NCBI GenBank assembly: GCA_051294375.1
Contig: CM119271.1
Coordinates: forward strand, 5,317,537-5,381,361
Direction of reading: 5' to 3'
DNA: 63,825 bases
Source: Paraspadella gotoi
Taxonomy: Eukaryota; Animalia; Chaetognatha
A program made the position numbers and the translations under genes. This document shows positions 52,375-63,825 of this stretch, piece by piece. The notes beneath the pieces are model-generated. The model worked only from the letters and a program-made list of their open reading frames with translations, was not told the origin of the DNA and searched no databases. The number at the start of each line of letters is the position of its first letter. Position 1 is the first letter of the stretch.

Positions 52375-52932
52375 CCGCGTGCCCCTTCGCGAGTGACACA
52401 AAAAAAAATCTTTACTATACTTTAAATATTTAATAAACATAATTCGTAAGTATATCATTAGTTGGAGAACTATTTGACGTTTTTTATGTATAAGTTTCAT
52501 TTCGTGTTTAATTTAATTTTTTAATTGTAAATCTTAAGTTTTCTTTATACAATTCATCCAATTAGAAAGAAATGCTGTCCTGAGCATAATCTCGACTGTT
52601 TTGAATAAATATTTTATATCGTAAGGATTCCCAGATAACTCTTAATTTAATGGTGTAAATGAATTTTAATAATTTTAAGTATTTAATAGGTAATTAATTT
52701 ATAATTATTTTCTTTAATTAAAAAGATTCATTTTTTTACTGAAGATGAAATTGGATGTCCATTAAAGAAAAGTTGTTTTACATAAGTAAATAAAAAAATA
52801 ACCTTATAAAACTAAAATATAATAAAAGTCCAGTACTTTGTTACAGAATGAGGAAAAAAAATTAAAAAAATATTTATCCAATGAGAAATGGTACGCTTTT
52901 TTTTTCTGTGTCACTCGCGAACGGACACGGGG
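52375..52932. mobile_element. Tc1/mariner-type MITE (558 bp)
   Basis: Terminal inverted repeats ccgcgtgccccttcgcgagtgacaca / tgtgtcactcgcgaacggacacgggg have 3 mismatches in 26 nt. TA flanks both sides (52373-52374, 52933-52934) and the interior is AT-rich and non-coding. Confidence 0.85.
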
Positions 52933-55195
52933 TATTTTTTATTTTTTTAGTCGCGACTGAGAAAAAGATATGAGCAGAAGGAAGATTAAGTGGAGAGATA
53001 CGGAGATGAGATTAGAAAGCGGGAGAGAGATAGAGACGATTTTGAAGATTATTACCAGTGGACCTGGTATAAATATTATAAAATTCTCACCCCGCTTAAA
53101 ATTTTATTGATTTGACGAAACAAAACCTAAAAATTTTCGGCGCTCCTTTTCTATCGAAGCGGATTAAAAAGAAAAGGAATCGTGAGAATTTGTTTTTTTC
53201 AATCACAACAACAACAAGAAGAAGAAGAGAAAACGGTCTCTCGAACGAAGGCAACGCCGAGCAACTGCAGCCAAAAGAGGTAACAAGTGCTTAAGTCGTC
53301 GCCAGCCTAAAATTCGCCCATCGAAGACAAAATGTCCCACTTAACGCCTACTCGTCCTCGGACGCGTCTCTCTCTCTCTCTTTCTTTTTTTCTTTTTTTC
53401 TTTCTTGCTTTCTTTCTTTCTTTCTTTCTTTCNNNNNNNNNNNNNNNNNNNNNNNNNNNNNNNNNNNNNNNNNNNNNNNNNNNNNNNNNNNNNNNNNNNN
53501 NNNNNNNNNNNNNNNNNNNNNNNNNNNNNNNNNNNNNNNNNNNNNNNNNNNNNNNNNNNNNNNNNNNNNNNNNNNNNNNNNNNNNNNNNNNNNNNNNNNN
53601 NNNNNNNNNNNNNNNNNNNNNNNNNNNNNNNNNNNNNNNNNNNNNNNNNNNNNNNNNNNNNCCCCGGTGAAAACGTCTTTGAAAATATATTTCACCGTCG
53701 CCTTCTCGATGTTTTCACGCTGCGGATGAAAAAAAAAGAAGAAATTCTGAAAAAAAAAAGAAGCAGAAATCGTCTGAAGCAGAGGCGCGCGCGCATATTG
53801 GCGTGCGCTTTACAACTCTCCCCCTCCCAGCCTTCTTCTTTCCTCCGCACATCATTCTCGTAATACTCGTCCTTATCTTTTCTACTTGTATCGTCTTTTA
53901 ATTGTAGTCTTTCGTTATCTTCTTTCGCCTGTTCATTTACAATCTTCATATGTATGTCTTAATTTCTCTTCATACATACTTTCTCTTCATCCCATCTTCG
54001 TCGCTATCAGTCACTATGGTTTCGGTCAGTCTGTCTGTCTGTCTGTCTGTCTGTTTGCATGCTACTTATATTAACGTGCACCTTAATCTTGTTGTAATTG
54101 TAAGGCCTATGAGTTAATAATTAGCAGATACTATGTAGATAGGTTGTAATATATCCAGAGTCTCCTTTTCGGCATATTTCAGAATTAGTTAGTCATTGGA
54201 TTACCTGGAAATAAACATTATATGCTATTTTCAGATTCGTTTTTGAAAGACATAAGTATACATGCAAATGATGTTTAAAAACGAGGGTTGTAAAAAAAAA
54301 AAACAAATGATCACTCCCAACACCTTTGCTCCTTCCACAATCTCTTCCCTCCATCTATCTCTTCGTACTCTTTCGCAATATTTTCTCCGCCTTCATTCGC
54401 CCTCTCGCGACAAAAAAGAGAAATTAAATCGAATTTCGATTTTTTTTTAAAGAATTTTTTATCTTTTTTTTTTATTTCGTTCTGCCCGACTAAATTATTT
54501 AAAGAGAAAAAAAAATGGAAGGAAGAAAAAAAAATCTAAATAAAAAGAATAAAAAAATACAAGGATTAGGAATTACTTTAGATTAAAAGAAAAAAAAAGA
54601 ATTAAAAAAAAATGAAAGGATTTAAAAACCCAGAGATATGGGCGGCCGGCGAGCGGAGGAAAAAAAATATCAAAGGAAAGAAAAAAAGAAATGGAAATAA
54701 ACTGAAAAAGGATTTATGATAAGAGAAAAAGAGTGAGAGAAAGAAAAAGAAAAAGAGAGGGAAAAAAAAGGAATGAAAAACGAAAAAGCGAAAAGAAATA
54801 AAAATAGAAAAAGGATTTAAAATTGAAAAAAAAAATGGCGTCGATTTATGGCGAAGGAGACAGATTATAAACAAAATAAGAATCAGGGACAACAGGGGGA
54901 AAAAGATGGGNNNNNNNNNNNNNNNNNNNNNNNNNNNNNNNNNNNNNNNNNNNNNNNNNNNNNNNNNNNNNNNNNNNNNNNNNNNNNNNNNNNNNNNNNN
55001 NNNNNNNNNNNNNNNNNNNNNNNNNNNNNNNNNNNNNNNNNNNNNNNNNNNNNNNNNNNNNNNNNNNNNNNNNNNNNNNNNNNNNNNNNNNNNNNNNNNN
55101 NNNNNNNNNNNNNNNNNNNNNNNNNNNNNNNNNNNNNNNNNNNNNNNNNNNNNNNNNNNNNNNNNNNNNNNNNNNNNNNNNNNNNNNNNNNNNNN

Positions 55196-55228
<33 letters not shown>

Positions 55229-56464
55229 TTAAAGAGAAAAGTAAAGGGGGAAAAAGATAAAGTAAGTCAATGTAATGGGAAAAAGGAGTGAAAGAGAGGG
55301 AGAAAAAACATTACTACTACTAAAAGAATGAAATCAAAGAGAGACAAAACTGACGACGACGACGACGACGACGAATCGCGACACATAACAATGGATAAGG
55401 AAAAAAAGGAATGAGGGAAAATGAGAAAGGAGACGCGAGGAAAATAAGATAAGCGTCAAGGAATTGGGATGAAAATGATTGAGATCGGGAGAACGGTCTC
55501 ACCAAAAAGACAAAGGAAAATCGCTTTGGAACGGACGTAGTAAAGTGCTTACAACATTATTGAAAATAGGTGCTCAGTGTATGAAATTTATTTTGGAAAT
55601 TTAGGAAATGAAAAAGGAAAAGGAACGAAAGAGAGACGAAAACAGAGAAAAAAGGAAAAAAAAAACGAAAGTGAGCGAAGAAAAGAGAAACAACAAAACA
55701 AGAAAAAGAAAAAAAGAAAATGAAAAGTTAAAAAAGGAAGGGGAAAATTGGTAGTATTTAATAGGAAAAGAGTAAAAACGAGAGAAGAGAAAAAGAAAAT
55801 GATAAATGGAAAAGGGAAGAGGGAAGAGAAATACATAAATAAAAAGAAAAAAAATGACAAGACGAGAAGGAAAAGAGAGAAAAAGAAAAGAGAGAAAAAG
55901 AAAATAGAGAAAAAGAAAAGAGAGAAAAACAAAAGATAGAAAAAGAAAAGAGAGAAAAAGAAAAAAGAGAAAAAGAAAAGACCGGAAAAAAAGATAGAAA
56001 AAGAAAAGGCGGGAAAAGCAAATCTCGTGCAAACATCGGATAAAAGACAAACAAAGACGAAAAAAAAAATGAGACGAAGGTTGGATGTAAAAATAGCGAA
56101 GTTTGGAAAAATCAATGAGTTAAATTTTATAAAAAGAAAAAAGAGATCCAGAAAAAAAGATATCTTAAGTAAGAGACAATGAATTTCGAAGACGAGGCAA
56201 GTGTGCAGTAAGAGTGCCGAAGCTCGATAGCCAGAGCTGAAACAACGAACCACATCTCTCTTCTTTTCTGCTGCTCTTTTTCTTCTCCTCTCTCTCTCTC
56301 TCTATCATCTCTCTCTCATTTTCGTCGTCTATATCTGCTCTCTCTCTCTCCATTCTCTGTCACTTCCGTCCGATATCTTTCTTTTGTTGTCACCACGAGT
56401 AATAAATTACTAATTATAAAATCCGGAGATAGTAATACGAGTGCCGAAGCTCAACAGCGGAGAA

Positions 56465-56779
56465 AAAACAAGAACGGAAATTCAAATGTTTTGTTGCGCC
56501 GCAGCGACTTTGTCTTCCCGTGTATTTACGTGTATTTTCGACACATTTTTTATACTCTATATAAGGTTTATTTACAGAACAAAAGGCGGCGCTATAGGTC
56601 GCTTAGATTTGAGGTTTTTTCTTGCCATAACAAATGAGCAGCCAACTATTGGCGAGTTATGAGTATCTTTGGGACACACAGACGGACAGACAGACCGACC
56701 GACCGACCGACAGCCAGACGGACCGACCGAAGAGTGACTTAGAGAGTTGCTCCGCGAGTACAAGCGGCGCAACTAAAAA
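56465..56779 (-). mobile_element. Helentron/DINE-1-like element, copy 2
   Basis: Perfect 10-bp subterminal inverted repeat GTTGCGCCGC (56493-56502) / GCGGCGCAAC (56764-56773), a (GACC/GACA)n tract, and homology to copies 1 and 3. Confidence 0.65.
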
Positions 56780-56977
56780 CGAAGCGGAAGGGATTAACGG
56801 AATAAAAGGAAGGTTAATGGAGGAGGAGGAGGAGGAGGAGGAGGAGGGGATCAGCGATTGTGGGTAAGTTAGGGACTGAATACTGATTTCTGAGGCTCAA
56901 CCTCGATGCCGATCGGACGATGCGTCGGGGAAAAAAAATAGAGTTCTTGAATTTTTAAAAAAATAAGTATTTAAATA

Positions 56978-57178
56978 GATTAAATTACGTTAGTCGTGAA
57001 TGATTAAATGATTAAATGATTAAATTAAATTAAATTAAATTAAATTAAATTAAATTAAATTAAATTAAATTAAATTAGATTAAATTAGATTAAATTAAAT
57101 TAAATTAAATTAAATTAAATTAAATTAAATTAGATTAAATTAGATTAAATTAAATGATTAAATTACGTTAGTCGTGAA
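56978..57178. repeat. (TTAAA)n microsatellite flanked by a direct repeat
   Basis: gattaaattacgttagtcgtgaa occurs on both sides of a TTAAA/TTAGA array. Confidence 0.9.
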
Positions 57179-57242
57179 CGGTTTTAAAAGTTTTTGCTGA
57201 TTTGCGAATTAAAACTTTCAGCATTTTGGGAGAGAGAGAGAG

Positions 57243-57283
<41 letters not shown>

Positions 57284-58339
57284 TTTGGAGGACCTGAAGT
57301 GATCGAAGAGCGAACTGACCTTTGAAAAAATGCAAAGGTAAGTTAAGTGCGGATGAAGGGAAGAAAAGAAGCTGAGGTAAGGAATCCTGGGCAGCGGGGG
57401 ATAAGTTTAGGTGAGTGAGAAAGGGAGGAGGAATTGGGTTGGGGACGAGTTGGTAAGATCCGAGGGAGTAAGATAAGAAAAGAGAAGAAGAGAAGAGAAA
57501 AGAGAAGAGAAGAATAGAAAAGAAAAGAAAAGAAAAGAAGAAAAGAAAATAAAAACGAGAAGAGAAGATAAGAGAAGATAAGAGAAGAAAAGAGAAGAAA
57601 AGAGAAGAGAAAAGAATAAAAAAAGAAAGGAGGAAAAGAGGAAAAGAAGAAAGAAAGAAAGAAAGAAATAAAGCTAACATGAAAAAATCAGCTCCCTCTG
57701 GCTGGGAAAGAAGGAAGGAAAGTTAGAACGCAAAGATCCGTTTGGGGGAAAAAAAAAACTGCTTGGATTGTAAACATTAAACAAGAAAAAAAAAGTGGAA
57801 ATGTGCGAATTGGATCGTTGTGTCTTGACTGGGAAGGGAGGCGGACTGGGAGGGGTGGAATGGGAAAAAGAGAGGGTAGGAAGAATAAGAAGATAGGATC
57901 GGGGGCGAAAATAGTAAAGGATAACATTAGGGAAGGTATTAAAAAAGGATGTAAGATTCGTGAAGGTTAAGTCGAAGACTCGTGACGGATGGTCAGTTAA
58001 AGACGGAAAGGTAAGGAGTGAAGGACCCTCGATTTGAAATTAGAAAAGCTGGAAAGGATTGATAATTAAAGGCGGGTTTTTTATAGTGTGGGGGGAAGAT
58101 AGAACTTTGTTCGTTGAGAAGGGTTAGTAGAAGTGACAAAAAAGAAAAAATAACAAACTAAAAACAGAGAAAAAGAAACAAGAAAAAAAAGGGTTAAAAT
58201 GCGACGAAAAAAAGACCTAAAAAAAAAAGAGGAGCATAAGTCGCCATAAATGAAGAAAAAGTGCGATAGGGGGCGAAAGAGGGGAAAACAAGTGAACAAC
58301 GCGTTGTGTAACGACCTGGACGAAGACGACGATGTTGTC

Positions 58340-58371
<32 letters not shown>

Positions 58372-58556
58372 CGAAAAGAAGCGAAAGGAGGAAAAATAAA
58401 GAAAAGGAGTGACGGAGGAAAGAGAAGAAAATAAATGGAAAAATGCATTGAAAGGAGGAAAAAGGAGAAAACAGAGTGGACAAGGAGGAAAGAAGGAGGG
58501 AGAGATTAAGTGAGAGATGGAGGAAAGGGAGGAAATGAAGAAAGATTGGGTGGCGA

Positions 58557-58636
<80 letters not shown>

Positions 58637-58661
58637 GGGAAAGAACGAAAGAAAGAAAGAC

Positions 58662-58704
<43 letters not shown>

Positions 58705-59229
58705 AAGAAAGAGAAAAATAAAGAAACAAAGAAACAAAAAGGAAGCAAGAAAGAATGAAAGAGAGAAAAAAGAAAGAAACAAAGAGAATGGATAGAAAGA
58801 AAAAAAGAAATAAAGAAACTAAAGAAAAAAACAATCTAAGTAAAAAAAAAAGATATCGAGAAAGAAAACAAGGATAACAGTAACGTTTGTCAACAACAAT
58901 AAAGTTTAAAAAATTGAAAAAAATTAAGCGATGGGAAATGCGTAAAAGAAGATAAATTGAATCTGGAAGAGAAAAGAGAGGAAACGACGAAAGACGCGTC
59001 CTAAAAAAAAGGAAGAAAGAAAAAAAAAAAGAGGAAAGACAAAAAAAGAAAAGGAAAATGACGTCACTAGTTAAGGAAGGAAATTAACAGAAATATTCCA
59101 CGTCGCAGGAAGATGGAAGATGTTGCAGATAAGAAGAAATGCAAGAAGCAAATCAGCGAGACACGGATGATTTTAATCAGCGGAATCAATTATCTTAAAC
59201 TTATACTAATCAAAATCTGAACACAAATA

Positions 59230-59457
59230 AATGAAATTGGTACAACCAATATAAAAATTATACATTCGTTTAATAAATAAGCTATCTTGCGCGTGACTTT
59301 GAACAGGCTTTGGTGGTTTAACAAGATAATGACATAGCAGGTCCCTGCCGGCTTTCAATCAAGACTCTCTCACAGTCGAGTTTATTCACTCCCATAGTAC
59401 CTGGCTTCCCTATCAACGAATTAGTATAATGTTTCAAAGAATGTTTTAATTGTATGA
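59230..59457 (+). repeat. Interspersed repeat family A, copy d
   Basis: Colinear with copies a and b. Confidence 0.8.
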
Positions 59458-59734
59458 GAAATATGAATTAATGATTAGACATAATAAGCAATGGCATGAA
59501 ACCGAGGAGATACGGCTGCCCAAAAAAGCGATATATGACGAAAGAAAAGAATTGACAAAATAATTAAAATGTAAGAATGGAAAAAATTATGGACAAAAGG
59601 AAAAAAAATAACGAAAAAGAAAGAGAAAAAATATTTAAACAAAAATCATAGTAAAAAAGCGAAGAAGATGCTTATATGACATTATATGTAGTCGGGCACC
59701 TTATCCACTTATACTTAGGATGAAGAAAAAAAAA

Positions 59735-60062
59735 AAGAAAGTTGATTCCAATGTGTTGCGCCGCAGTGACTTTATTTTCCCTTTGATCATATGATATGAC
59801 ATGACATGACTAAAAAACTTTTGAAAAAAAAAACACCAAAATTCCTGAAGGCGGCGCCAGCAGTCCCTTAGATTTGAGGTTTTTCCTAACTCAACAAATC
59901 AGCACAACTATAAGGCGAACTCGTAAGCTTTTTATGTAAGTAGGACAGACTGATTGGACAGACATGGTCCGACCGACAGACCTTACCCGACCGGAACAGA
60001 CCGACCGATCAAATTTGTGGCTAAGAGTGACTTACCACAGCGAGTAGCTCTCGGCTGCGCAG
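59735..60062 (-). mobile_element. Helentron/DINE-1-like element, copy 3 (degraded right end)
   Basis: The blocks gtgttgcgccgcagtgactt, aaggcggcgccagcagtc, cttagatttgaggtttt, the gaccgac tract and agagtgactta occur in the same order as in the other copies. Confidence 0.6.
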
Positions 60063-60577
60063 ACATAAGCACAAGGCACAAAGGTTGTCCGCTAAAAAAA
60101 CGGGGGGGGGGGGGAAGGAAAAGAGGAGAAAAGAAAAAAGGGAGAGAAATTGTGTAAGAGATTTTCCAAGATAAAAAGGTAAAGTAGGAAGGAAGATGAA
60201 AATTTGGAAAGAGATGTTGTTAAAACTTGAGATCGGTTATCGCTTCGAGACGAGAGAGAGAGAGAGAGAGGAGAGGAGAGAGAGAAGAGAAGAGAGAGAG
60301 AGAGAGAGAGGAGAGAGTAGAGAGGAGAGAGCGAGACGTTTTTTTAATGTCTCGTGCCACCTGCACACAGAGGAAGGATGGAATGAAAGGAAGCCAACAT
60401 ATTTTTTTTCGCAGTGGGTGGAACGGTTGGGAAAATTTGAAAAGAAAATGCGTGTTTACTTATTCATAAAACAAAAAAAAAGGTTTAAAGAATTCTTTAT
60501 AATATAATGGGCAAAAATCTTATTCTCGTTTCGGGTCAGGGACGACGTGAACAATGACGATATGACCTTGGTTCAAC

Positions 60578-60632
<55 letters not shown>

Positions 60633-61267
60633 CTCTCTCTCTCTCGCTCTCTCTCTGTCTTTCCTCTAAGGTCGTTTCGGTTTTAACTACCGCGAGAAGC
60701 GATAATTGCAGATTTTACGCTTTTCTCTCCGTCGACGTTAACAAACGAGAAAATATTCGCCCTCAAAAANNNNNNNNNNNNNNNNNNNNNNNNNNNNNNN
60801 NNNNNNNNNNNNNNNNNNNNNNNNNNNNNNNNNNNNNNNNNNNNNNNNNNNNNNNNNNNNNNNNNNNNNNNNNNNNNNNNNNNNNNNNNNNNNNNNNNNN
60901 NNNNNNNNNNNNNNNNNNNNNNNNNNNNNNNNNNNNNNNNNNNNNNNNNNNNNNNNNNNNNNNNNNNNNNNNNNNNNNNNNNNNNNNNNNNNNNNNNNNN
61001 NNNNNNNNNNNGAGAGAGAGAGAGAAAGAGAGATGAGATCGAGAGAAAGAGAGTGAGAGAGAGACTGACGTTAAGAGTTTTTAGTCGAACTCTTGAGCCG
61101 AGAGAGATGGCGTAACTTGATTAAGAGAAAATTTCGCGAGAGAATCTCAAAGAAAGAGAGAGAGAAAACGATAGAGAGAGAAAGAGCTTTCAGACAGAAA
61201 ACGAGATAGAGGGAGTGAGAAAGAATCCGCTCTCAAGATTTAGTTCGCCTCTGATATTCCGGTGCAA

Positions 61268-61375
<108 letters not shown>

Positions 61376-61613
61376 TCAGATATCCTTGAAACCATTTCCC
61401 CTTCTTTTGTTGTCACCTGGGGGAATCAAATCTTCTTCTGACGCCATCACCGCCGCCGCTACGTTCGCCGCCGCAGCCGCCGCCGTAGCCGCCGCCGCCG
61501 CTGCCTGATCACATTAACGAGTGCACTTTTGGGGATTCGAACTCGTGTCGCTTCGTTGAGGAGAAAAAAAAAGCTCTAACCGTTTTATTCACCGCCGCCG
61601 CCGCCGCCGCCTC

Positions 61614-61655
<42 letters not shown>

Positions 61656-63195
61656 TGACAAGAGATGTAAGAAAAAAAAAACTGATTGAAAATTCAAAGG
61701 AAACCAAATACTAAACTGTGTGAGCGTCTTGATTGAAAGCTTGCAAAGTTTTGTTATGTTTTATTTTCTTGTAAGAGGGATGGCGACGTCGGTTTAACAA
61801 GACAGCTATTTTATTTATAAAAATTAATAATATTAATCATTTTAATCACATCCACCAATGCGAGTATGGAACGGATAATAGCCAAGAATAAAGTTACATT
61901 AACAGAATATAAAAATCCTATTAATCTTCTCCCAGTACGTGCAAAGCCCAAGGACACACCTCTCTTATAAAACAAGTCCGAATTTGGGTTCTCTTTTTCA
62001 AGACCGACAGGGGTCCTTTTCTTTCCTTTATTTACTTTTTCTTCTTTTCTTTTCTTTCCTTTCCTTTTTCTTCTTTTATTTCCTTTCCTTTCCATTCCTT
62101 TCCTTTCCTTTCCTTTCCTGTTTTCGTTATCCTTCCTTTCCTTTCGCTTTTTCGCTTTTGCTTTTCTTTTCTTTTCTTTTTCTTTCTTTCTTTTTTCTTT
62201 CTTTTCTTTTCTTCCTTTCCTTTCCTTTCCTTTCCTTTCCTTTACCTTTCCGTCTCCGTTTCCTTTTTTCCTTCCGTTTCCTTTCCTTCTCCTTTCNNNN
62301 NNNNNNNNNNNNNNNNNNNNNTTCCTTTCCTTTCCTTTCCTTTCCTTTCCTTTCCTTTTCCCCCTTTTCCTCCATAAACCGAAAAACACCATCTCATTTT
62401 CCGAGTGAGCCTGGTCTTCCTCTGTTTTCCGCAGTCGGTCATCGAAAATACCCCCCGAGTACAATTTTAGTGTAGCAGGTTGTCGCAGCAAGTTTCGTTG
62501 GCAACGATTTGGTGGCGAAATTGCGGATTGGGAGTTTGTTCTCGGTGTTTAATATAAGTTTTAAGTAACCTTATTAACGTGATAGCAATGTTTAAACTTT
62601 GCAGTGTTATTGAATTATTATTAAATTTATTTATTAGTCTAATTGTATAAATTAACGGTTCGACCAAGTTAATTTTAAAAGCAGTCTCTCTCGATTTTAA
62701 TATCATACCAAAAAAAAATGGAAGAACGCAATGAAAGAAACTAAAGATCAATGATTCAGCGAAAGAACAGGCGAACGAGACCGAAAGACGAACCAGCGAA
62801 CAAACGAACAAGTAAACTGGCGAACAAAATGAACAGACGAACAAGCGAACATACGAAATGGCACGAGCGAATCCAAACGGTTCTTTCCTTGAAATCACCG
62901 TTGAAAATTTATTTGAATAATCGCGTTGGAATCTCGTTCATCTCTCTCTCTCTCTCTCNNNNNNNNNNNNNNNNNNNNNNNNNNNNNNNNNNNNNNNNNN
63001 NNNNNNNNNNNNNNNNNNNNNNNNNNNNNNNNNNNNNNNNNNNNNNNNNNNNNNNNNNNNNNNNNNNNNNNNNNNNNNNNNNNNNNNNNNNNNNNNNNNN
63101 NNNGCAAAATTCGTTATTTTCCGCGAATTGAGGTAAAAAAAATTATGTTTTTGTTTACAATTCTTCTTCTTTTTTGCCTGATGAGGATTAGAATA

Positions 63196-63241
<46 letters not shown>

Positions 63242-63539
63242 GTATAATGAGTATAATGTTGCTTGCTTGAAAAGGATTATGATGAATGTGATAAAGCTAG
63301 AAACAATGTTGACGATGATGATGATGATTGAAGATGATTGCTGATGATTGATAATGTTTGATGATGATGATGATGATTAATTGCTCTTCCTGACGATAAT
63401 AATTGATGAAAAGAATAAAGATCTCTGTTGGTGTAGGAGATCCTCAGATCGAAAGCAATAAAAAGAAAAGGAAGGAAGACAAGGCCGTTTGTCTTGGAAG
63501 CAGAGAGAAGATGCATTCTAGTCGTTGAGTCATAAACAG

Positions 63540-63825
63540 AAAGAAGATGGAGAGAATGAAGAGAGAGAGAATGAAGATTGAAATGAAAAGAATAAAGAGA
63601 ATGAAGAGAGAGAGAATGAAGATTAAAATGAAGAGAAAGAAGAGAGAGAATTAAGATTGAAATGAAGAGAATGAAGAGAGAGAGAATTAAGATTGAAATG
63701 AAGATAATGAAGAGAGAGAGAAAGAAGTGAAAGAGAATGAAGTTAAAATAATGAAAATGAAGAGAGAGAATGAAGATTAAAATGGAGAGAATGAAGAGAA
63801 AGAGAATGAAGATGGAGAGAATGCC
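63540..63825. repeat. Degenerate purine-rich minisatellite
   Basis: Recurrent agagaatgaagatt(g/a)aaatgaag units run to the window end. Confidence 0.8.

Noticed and set aside
61428-61615. GCC-rich poly-Ala/Gly exon candidate and GTTCGAATCCC B-box
   Set aside because: No frame is preferred and no homology is evident. The tRNA-like boxes are separated by a poly-T run with no cloverleaf.

Overview
This is eukaryotic, most likely invertebrate metazoan, genomic DNA from a gappy draft assembly. It is dominated by (AG)n, (GAC/TCG)n, (AAAG)n and (GAT)n microsatellites and purine/pyrimidine tracts, so almost all ORFs in the six-frame track are spurious. Supportable content: (1) a spliced minus-strand gene at about 1.5-4.2 kb whose three phase-compatible exons build a complete V-like immunoglobulin domain resembling IgLON/lachesin/DIP proteins; (2) a ~10.5 kb tandem duplication (5222-15625 vs 15651-26410) joined by a 25-N gap, containing a noisy inverted fold-back (16738-19110), both most likely long-read gap-filling artefacts; (3) a frameshift-riddled BEL/Pao LTR retrotransposon (~32.5-42.3 kb) with gag knuckles, protease, RT, RNase H and integrase motifs, an antisense ORF upstream and an unexplained GC-rich 3' extension; (4) small repeats: three Helentron/DINE-1-like elements, a tRNA-derived SINE, a TA-flanked Tc1/mariner-type MITE, a Penelope-type hammerhead-like motif and an unclassified 4-copy repeat; (5) a CpG-rich promoter-like island with a perfect X-box and two E-box palindromes. 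I see no convincing evidence of a wholly new biological system. The best leads are the Ig gene and the extra coding capacity of the BEL element.
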